This document shows positions 56,484 through 64,000 of a DNA stretch of 64,000 nt, piece after piece (positions within the stretch are counted from its first letter, which is position 1; each line of letters opens with the position of its first letter). The DNA comes from Trueperaceae bacterium (GTDB lineage: Bacteria > Deinococcota > Deinococci > Deinococcales > Trueperaceae): contig JAXHNB010000005.1 in the NCBI GenBank assembly GCA_034520945.1, positions 800,001 to 864,000 of the forward strand, in the 5' to 3' direction. The notes beneath the pieces were generated by a model that worked only from the letters and a program-made list of their open reading frames with translations, ran no database searches and was not told where the DNA came from. The translations under genes were made by a program, and so were the position numbers.

Positions 56484-57359
56484 GTGACCGATGCCCGCCA
56501 CCCGAACGACGCTCCGACGGGCCAAGCGCCCGAAGACGACGCCCTGGACGCGTTCCTCCGCGCGCGGTACCGCGCCCAGTCGGAGGCGCGCCCCTGTCCC
56601 TCGCGGATCGAGGTGGCCGGCTGGTGGATGGACCTCGTCGGGCTGATCATCCCCGAGTGGGCCACCTGGCAGCCCAGCGAGGAGGCGGACTTCCTGGCGC
56701 ACGCCGACGGCGTGCGCGCACGCACGGCGGAGCTGGTCGAAACCTGCGATCCGGACCGCAACGCCGCCGAGCAGGTCGCGCGGGACCTGCACCGGGCGCT
56801 TCCCACGCTGCACGCCCGCCTGGAGGAGGACGCGGCCGCGATCGTGGCCGGCGACCCGGCCGCCCACGACCGCGTGGAGGTGGTGCGGACCTACCCGGGC
56901 TTCCGGGCGATGGCGGCCTACCGCGTGGCGCACTGGTTGCACGGTGCGGGCGCCTGCCTGATGGCGCGCATGATCTCGTCCGAGGCGCACCGCGCCACGG
57001 CGATCGACATTCATCCGGCCGCGAAGATCGGCCGGCGCTTCTGCATCGACCACGGCACCGGCGTGGTGATCGGCGAGACCACCGAGGTCGGCAACGACGT
57101 CAAGATCTACCAGGGCGTCACCCTGGGCGGCCTCAGCGTGCGCAAGGAGGACGCCCGCACCAAGCGGCACCCCACGGTCGAGGACCGCGTGGTGATCTAC
57201 GCCGGGGCGACCGTGCTGGGCGGGGACACCGTCATCGGCGCAGGTTCGGTCATCGGCGGCAACGTGTTCCTGACGCGTTCGGTGCCGCCCGGGTCGCGGG
57301 TGGCGTTCCGTCCGCGCATGCAGGAGACCGCCCCCAACGGCGAACGCGGCGAGGTGTGA
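56484..57359 (+). CDS. cysE: Serine O-acetyltransferase
   Basis: GDPAA, YPG, IDIHP.A.IG, IDHGTGVVIGET, QGVTLG, KRHPT. Confidence 0.92.
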   Translation: MTDARHPNDAPTGQAPEDDALDAFLRARYRAQSEARPCPSRIEVAGWWMDLVGLIIPEWATWQPSEEADFLAHADGVRARTAELVETCDPDRNAAEQVARDLHRALPTLHARLEEDAAAIVAGDPAAHDRVEVVRTYPGFRAMAAYRVAHWLHGAGACLMARMISSEAHRATAIDIHPAAKIGRRFCIDHGTGVVIGETTEVGNDVKIYQGVTLGGLSVRKEDARTKRHPTVEDRVVIYAGATVLGGDTVIGAGSVIGGNVFLTRSVPPGSRVAFRPRMQETAPNGERGEV

Positions 57360-57507
57360 GGGGCGGCGCGGCGTAGCGTTGCCAGGCGCGTCCCCATACC
57401 CGATGCTCGACGAACGTCACCCGTTCGGGACATGGGGATACCCGCCGCGTTCCACGCGTGAGGAGACGTCATGTCCGAGGAATGGGTCGTCAGCGGTGGG
57501 GGCGCCA

Positions 57508-57632
57508 TGACGCATGAAGCGTTCAAGGCGGCACTCCTGGCCTCGGCGAGCATTCCCATCCTCACGCCGCCGGTCCCCATCGGCGCCGACCACCACGTCG
57601 ACGGCGGTGTACGCGATATCGCACCGCTGCAG
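57508..57632 (+). pseudogene. Remnant of a patatin-like phospholipase
   Basis: ALLASASIP..PPV..VDGGVRDIAPL (DGG half only; no GxSxG half). Confidence 0.55.
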
Positions 57633-57675
57633 GTCGCGAGCGACACCACGGCCGCGAACGACCGCCACATACCCC

Positions 57676-58800
57676 CTACCGACCCGGCGGAGCGGATTGC
57701 AGAATCAGTCCTCGATACGCCTCCAGCGCGGGCTCGGCATAGCTGCGGAACGTCTCGACGTCGCCGATGTCCCTGCGCTGTTCCTGCGGCAAGCTTCTGA
57801 AGACTGCTTCCAGGTCGGGCTGTCGTTCGAGCTGTCGCAGAACCCCGCTGCCGGCATCGTCGAGGGATGCGAATCGTTGTTCGAGATGGCTTCGAAGCGC
57901 CTGGAGATCCCCGCGGAGGTCCAAGCGGGCCACCCGCTCGTCGAGTTCCTCGACCGTGGGCAAGGTCGCCAAGCGAACGTCGAGGGCCTCGTTCAACTCG
58001 CTGAGAAGCTCATCCCTCGTGTTCAGCAGCGCTGCATCCATGGCCTCCTCGATCCGCCGCTCCAGCGGCGCGCCGGGCTGAACCACGGGCAGCACCACGC
58101 GGGTGGGCGGCGTCGTACCGTCCGCGGCCGGCGTGCCTTGGGGGACCGATTCGTCCCAGGCCGATCGCCTGTCCGCGTTCGTCACCTCCTCGTTCTCGCC
58201 GCGTGCGTTCGCAGCGGCTCGGGCACGAGCGTCCACCTCGAGCACGTGGGCATCGAAGATGCCTGCGACGGTGCGCGGGGGCACGCCAGCCAAGCGGAGC
58301 TGTTGCTGTCGACCCAGCCAGTACAAGGCCGCCGACGTCGACGGCGGCATGACCCGCGCCTGCGACCCCTCGGTCACCTCGATCTCCCAGGGGCCCGCGA
58401 GTGGACTGAGTGTGCGGGCAGCCGCGCCGTCGAGGCGTGCCCACATCCCGAGGCCGAGTCCGACGACGAAGAAGAGGGCGAACGCGAAGGTCACCGCCCC
58501 CACCGCCGCCGTGTTCACGCGGAGGTGCCTCAGGATCGCGGTGTTGGATGCACGGAAGGTCGAAAGGGCGGCATCGGTCGCGACGTGCGAGTCAGACGAC
58601 AGCGTCGACTTCAACCCCTCGAAGCGCTCGTCCAAGGCCTGTCGGTCGGTGCGACCGCGCAGGGCGGCGATCGCGCCGGTCGCGAGTCCCGCCAAGACCG
58701 GCAGAGCGGCCGTCACGGCCGGCGACGCGGACGCCGCCACCATGAACCCCGCCGCGAACCCGAGAATCGCCAGCGCACCTGCAAACCCGATGTATCGCAT
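57676..58800 (-). CDS. Hypothetical membrane protein with coiled-coil C-terminus
   Basis: About 3 TM segments, then heptad-rich helical region. Confidence 0.6.
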   Translation of the reverse strand: MRYIGFAGALAILGFAAGFMVAASASPAVTAALPVLAGLATGAIAALRGRTDRQALDERFEGLKSTLSSDSHVATDAALSTFRASNTAILRHLRVNTAAVGAVTFAFALFFVVGLGLGMWARLDGAAARTLSPLAGPWEIEVTEGSQARVMPPSTSAALYWLGRQQQLRLAGVPPRTVAGIFDAHVLEVDARARAAANARGENEEVTNADRRSAWDESVPQGTPAADGTTPPTRVVLPVVQPGAPLERRIEEAMDAALLNTRDELLSELNEALDVRLATLPTVEELDERVARLDLRGDLQALRSHLEQRFASLDDAGSGVLRQLERQPDLEAVFRSLPQEQRRDIGDVETFRSYAEPALEAYRGLILQSAPPGR

Positions 58801-58880
58801 GCTGATCTCCCTTTCCGATCGAATGGACCGGGCTCTCCAGCCCGGGCCGACGACGTCGCGACCGCGGGCCTAGACGCCAC

Positions 58881-61800
58881 TCATGAGGATTCCTGCTCGG
58901 GCCTCCCGAAGTAGCCCGACGCGAGCAACCCCGCGAGGCCGATCGCGGCCAACAGCAAAAACCCCGACCCGGCGCCGACGGCCTGCGGCGGTCCGAGGGA
59001 CAGGCCGACGATGCCGAGCACACCCGCGACGGCGCCGGTGATGCGCACGGCCGACACCAGCACGCGTCTTGGCCACACGACCCGCCTCCCAGGCAATCGC
59101 ACGACTCCAACCATCACCAGGATCGATGCGAACACCGAGATGTGCTTCACGCCGGCCAGCAACGAGGTTCGTTCCAGCCACGCCTCCCGCATGGCCGCGT
59201 ACGGCAGGTCGAGGGTCGTGAGGACGCGCGTCGCTTCCCACACCGCGCTCGCGATCAGCGCCGCGGCGAGCGCCAGCCCTACGGTCGCCAGGGACGACGA
59301 GGTGCGCCATGCCGTGACGCCGATCGCGCCGATCAGCAGGGCGTACCACAGGGCGGCCCCGAGGTGGAGGCGCACGGACGTGCGCGCCCGAGCGGCGGCG
59401 CTGGCGTCCGGCGTCGCCGCCGGGTCGCGAGGGATCATGCAGGACGGGCCGGCGTTCTCCCCGAGGATGCAGGCCACCTCGCCGGGCGTGCGCGCGAACC
59501 CCAAGGCGACGGCGACGGTGGGATGGCCGAGCAGGTCTGGCTCGCCCGGGCCGCTCGTCCCCATCGTCGTGACGTACCCGAACGTAGCCGCCAGCACGAG
59601 GCCGAGGACCGACAAAACCAAACCGAGCCGTCGCGGCCAGGGACCACGCGCCCCCTGCGCCTCGCCTCGCGGGGGGACAGGGCGCTCCACAGCAGCGCGC
59701 GAAACATGAGGAAGGCCAGCGCGAAGAGGACGAGCCCGGCCCCCAACACAGGCCCATGACCCAACGAGGCCAAGGTCCACAGCGGGTTGTCGATCAACAG
59801 CAGCACGGCGCCGAACAACAGCAGCAGATTGGCCCAGTACGAGGCCAGCAGGTTCGCGAACGTCTTCGGAATGGCGGCCACGAGCAAATTGGCACCCGCG
59901 AAGGACACGAACCCGACGAGGTTGCGGACCGCGTCGGGCATCCGCGACTCGGTCGAGAGCGTGTCCGTGAGCTTGCCGCTGACGCGCACCAGCCTGGACA
60001 GGCTGTCGGTCGTCCGGCGGGGATCCAGCTGCAGGCCCTCGCGTCGTTCGGTCAGGAACCGCGCCACCTTCGCCTTGGTGGCGCCAACGTCCAGCTCGGC
60101 ACCGCCGTCCTCGGTGCGCCGTTCGACGCGCAGCGCCTTGCGCCCTTCCTCGCCGAGGTGGAACTCGTCCTCCACGATGGCGAGGTGGGCCTCGGTGACG
60201 AGGTGCTCACGAACCTCGTCGCGCGCCTCGATCGGCGCGCCATCGAGCATCGTCGCGATCAGCCGTTCGGCGCCGTCCAGGCGTCCCCAGCGGATGTCGT
60301 GCGCGCGCCACCCTTCGTCCAGGAATGCCCCGAAGGACGCGAACCGGGCGCCGTACAGTTTGTCGTCCGGGATCGCCTGGCCGTAGTGGCCCGCATCGAC
60401 GGGACTGATGCGGTGCACGTCGACGGGAGCGAACTCGTGGCCGACGTCCGTCGCCTCGAGCAGCGGATACTGCACCATGTCGAAATGCCGGAAGTGCTTC
60501 CAGTACCGCAAGAGCAGGGTGCGCACCTCGCTCGCAAGGGCAGGGGAGACCTCGAGTTCGGTCAGGTCGCGGAGCGCTTCCCCGGACTTGACGGTGCGCT
60601 CGCGGTTGTGCTGCGCGATCGTGGCCGCCACGGCGTCGATCAAGGGGCGATGGCGCGCCAGGAAGGCCTCGGCCGCCTGCCAACCCGCCGCGTCGGTCGG
60701 CGCCGCCAGGATGGCGATCAACGCCTCCCGGAACGAGGCGAATCCGCCGGAGCCGCCGCCCGAATGCACCAGGTCGCGCAGAGCCACGTGAATGTCGGTC
60801 GCTTCGCCCGCGCCGCGCCCGGGATCGAGGGCGAACACGGCGCGCTGCGCCGACGTCTTGGCGAGGCGAAGCAGCGGCTGCACTTCCGACCAGGCGTCGT
60901 CCACGCTGCGTGTGTCACCCCGGTCGTAGGCGCGCACCAGCGCGTCGAGGTGCGTGTTCGTGCCAACCACGTGGCGCAGCTCGTTCACGAGGTCTCGGTC
61001 GAACACGAACGCTTGGTCGATCCTGTTCAGCAGGTAGCGCGCCCTGCGCGCATATGTCGCCAGGTCGAAGCGTTGAAGGAAGTCCCACTCCAGCTCGGCG
61101 TCCGGCCGTTCTTCGCTCGTGTTGCGTTGGAAGTGGGAGTTGCGCCACGCGCTCGCCACCCTCCGGAGTGCGCGGCGGACGTCGTCGTCCGGGGGGACGC
61201 GCAGGGCGTCGGCGATCGTGTCGGCCAGGGCGTCGGTGGTTCTGGCGACGCGCAGCCGGTGGTATGCCCCGTAGGCGTAGCCGTACTGGGCCACCAAGCC
61301 CTGCAACGGCGCGCGCTTGGGGTCGATGGGACCCGCCGTCGCGTCGTTGGGGTCGTCCGGAATCGGCACGTCCTCCAGCACGCCGAATCCGAGGGTCCGG
61401 ATCCGGTCCAGCAGGCGGTTGCGCTCGACGATTCGCTGGATGTCGGCCCGGATGGTCTCGTAGCGCGCCAGCGTGACCACCTTCATGGTGTTCTCCAGCG
61501 CGTTGGGCACGTCGTCCAGCGCGACCGGCGCCTCGGGGTCGATCCGTTCCGGGGCGGGCTCCAGGTAGTACAGCTTGCGCTGGACCCTGACCCCGCTGGG
61601 CGCTTCGGAGAGGCGATCGATGGCGTGCCCGAACGGTTTGTTGTCCAGGTAGCCACCGTCGGCGAAGGCGCGGCGTACCTGCCGGTCGGGGGTGTCTTCG
61701 CGCCCGGAGCGGAACAGCTTTGCCCACGGCGCGCCGGCGTGCCGGCGTCCCGCCAGCCGTTGGGCGCCTCGCACCACGGCCGGTTCGAACGCGGCGGGCA

Positions 61801-62548
61801 GGCTGCTGGTGGTGCGCGCGGCGAAGGCCAGCAGCGGGTCGTGCTCGGCGGTGAACTCGTCGTGTTCCAAGCCCCGTTCGGCCAGGCGGAAGGTGAAGGC
61901 GTGCTTGTGGTCGTACTCGTGCACGACGCCGTCGGCAAGCCGGAGCTGAGCCACCTGTCCGGCGAGGTCGGTGCCGGTCACGACCAGGTCCAGGTCCTTG
62001 ACCAGCGCGCCCGTGCCCTCGGGGCTGCTGCGGTTCAGCGCGTCCATCGCGTTCAGCAACTCGACGTACATGCGGTCGCTCTGGAACAGCGCCTTGACCG
62101 GTTCGCGGTAGGGGTAGCGCGTAGGGCTGCTGCTGCGGTGGTCGTTGATCAGCTTCTCGAGCGCGCCCTGCTGAAGCCACAACCGCTTCAGCGGTTCCAG
62201 GTCGGCGTTGCGGGCCAGCGCCTTGCCCAACATCACGGCGTTGATGCCGCCGGCGCTGGTGCCGGAGAGGATGTCGACGATGAATCGAACGGGGGGAGGG
62301 GAGACGAGGACGTCGTCGTCGATTTGGTCGAGGGGCGTCCCGCCGAGCACGTGCGCCAGCCTGCGGTAGACCCGGGCCGTGTTGGTGGTGGCCGCCTCGG
62401 GGTCAGCCGCGGGGCTGGTCGCGCGCACCAGCTGCAACAGCTCCTGGCTGATGCCGTTCATGTAGATCGCCAGGCTGGTGCCGCCGTACATCACGACGGC
62501 GAGGCGGATTTCGCGGTGGACGTCGCGGTCTGCGCCGGTTGCCTGCAT
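58881..62548 (-). CDS. Patatin-like protein (DUF3376-type) with C-terminal multi-TM region; probable frameshift near 59650-59676
   Basis: VMYGGTSLAIYMNG, GTSAG, FADGGYLDNKPF, FGAFLD..WR.HD..WGRLDG; hydrophobic helices continue in the 58881-59780 frame. Confidence 0.8.
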
Positions 62549-62997
62549 CGTGTTGGGCCTCCCATGGTCGGTTCGCTGAAGCGGCTGGGATCGCGTCCAC
62601 TTCGTACGACGCTCTGAGTCGTCCTGATGGGGCGAACCTCAAGCCAAGACAGGCGCACGGAATACTTCGCATGATCATACAAATTGGTTCGGGGGGCACG
62701 CCTGCGTTCAAGGGGAACGTCTGGCGGTGTATGCCGGGACGAGGACGTTTCGATGTGCGTCCGGCTGGGTGCGGGGAGGCCGGACCTCCCCCGGGGTCGT
62801 GGACCGGGCCTGGGCGGCTCCGAGAGCGCGGAGGAAATGAGGTCGCTGAGCTCGAGGTCGTGGACGCGCATCGTCGCCGTCGCCATGTGATCCCGACGCG
62901 GGCGGTACCACGAGGTCGATCGATCCCGCCGGGACGTCTGTACCAAGCCCGCACGCGCGTGTCCACGTACCATCGACCATCAACGTGGAGGTGATGC

Positions 62998-63841
62998 ATG
63001 GACCGTAACGGCGATGCGCTCCCGGTCCCCGGGCCGGACCCGATCAGCCCCACGCCACCGTCAAACGCCGGCCGCCGAGCTTTCCTCACGAAAGCGGCCA
63101 GCGCCATCTTCGCTGGGATCGTGCTTTCCGGCCGCGAGGTCGAAGCCCAGGCGCCGTCACCCGAGGCGGCCACGCCACGACCCCCGTTCGACATCGCGGC
63201 CGACTCGGACGAGGACGTCCTCGTCCGCATGCAGAGGGAGCTCGAACGAGCGCTCGCGAAGCCAATCGACGAGCGGCGGTGGGGCATGGTGATCGACACC
63301 CGCAAGTGCGTGGGGTGCGACGCATGCACGATCGGCTGCGCCATGGAAAACAAGCTGCCCTGTCGGAGCCACCTATCTACGGCCCGACGGCATCGTCGAG
63401 ATCGACTACGAGGCGTGCATCGGCTGCCGTTACTGTCTGACAGCGTGTTTATACCAAGCGAGGGCGTTCGACTTCGGTGAGAACTGGACCGACGCTGCGA
63501 CCGAGGGCGCGCCCGACGCCCTCGCGCTCGACTCGGCGAAGGGGTACGAGCGCGAAGCGAGCTTCGAGTACGGCAAGGAGTGGACGCGAGAGCCGGGGGG
63601 GCCGCTCCGGGGCCTGCTCGAGCAAAGCCCCGTCGGCAACGCGCGCAAATGCCAGTTCTGCGCCCATCGGCTCGATCAGGGGATGCTGCCGATGTGCGTC
63701 ACCACCTGCATCGAGCGAGCGACCTTCTTCGGCGATCTGAACGATCCGACCTCCTTGGTCAGCGAGCTCGCCTCGCGCACGAACGCGACGCGGCTCAAAG
63801 AAGAACTCGGCACTCAACCCAAGGTGTTCTACCTCGCATGA
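62998..63841 (+). pseudogene. Tat-exported 4Fe-4S dicluster protein (NrfC/PsrB-like) with internal deletion
   Basis: [23 protein letters not shown]; after 63360 a second frame gives CPVGATY..CIGCRYC..KCQFC.HR..P.CV..C. Confidence 0.8.
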
Positions 63842-63861
63842 GGGGCAAACGTGCTTAGCGC

Positions 63862-64000
63862 CAATGCCGTTCACGTAAGGATGATTACGGCTTCGGACGG
63901 GGTTTTGGTCGGTTGCGGCCAGCCTCCGTGCTTGGCGCGTTTGGGTGGGTCGTACGTGACGGCGCGCTTGACGACGCGGGGGCAGGAGCGCAGGCGTGCG
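63862..64000 (-). mobile_element. Right end of an IS4-family insertion sequence
   Basis: Terminal CAATGCCGTTCACGTAAG resembles the IS4 inverted repeat; minus-strand frame ..RLRSCPRVVKR.. stops at 63871-63873 inside the repeat. Confidence 0.75.

Noticed and set aside
62550..62995. Short ORFs between patatin and the 4Fe-4S gene
   Set aside because: No recognisable motifs or convincing starts

Overview
High-GC bacterial chromosome segment, most likely Deinococcota (Truepera-like). Support for this: an MglA/MglB pair, a Deinococcus-Thermus-type insertion in DnaE, and many leaderless genes with a TANNNT box 5-8 nt before the start codon. Core genes: iscA-like, gcvT-H-PA-PB, mglBA, glpKD, dprA, cysS, thrS, pilT-family ATPase, dnaE, nnrE, yebC, dnaJ-hspR, smc, birA, cysE and four tRNAs. 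There are four accessory segments. (1) 1-8.7 kb: a tandem array of large acidic surface lipoproteins with cohesin-like, dockerin and malectin modules, heavily frameshifted in this assembly. (2) 35.8-37.3 kb: a group II intron RT element that lacks most of domain I and domain VI and sits right at the start of the pilT gene. (3) 42.6-46.7 kb: a patch next to tRNA-Val with a cytochrome c, back-to-back purD/purN remnants and an OsmC/methyltransferase pair. (4) 57.4-64 kb: patatin genes, membrane proteins, an internally deleted 4Fe-4S gene and an IS4-family end. Best candidates for novelty: the cohesin+dockerin lipoprotein array, a leaderless Cys-containing leader peptide with a C-rich tract upstream of cysS, and the minimal intron whose removal would rebuild the pilT ATG. 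Several single-base indels suggest residual sequencing errors, so pseudogene calls are tentative. All family calls come from motif recognition by eye, not from searches.
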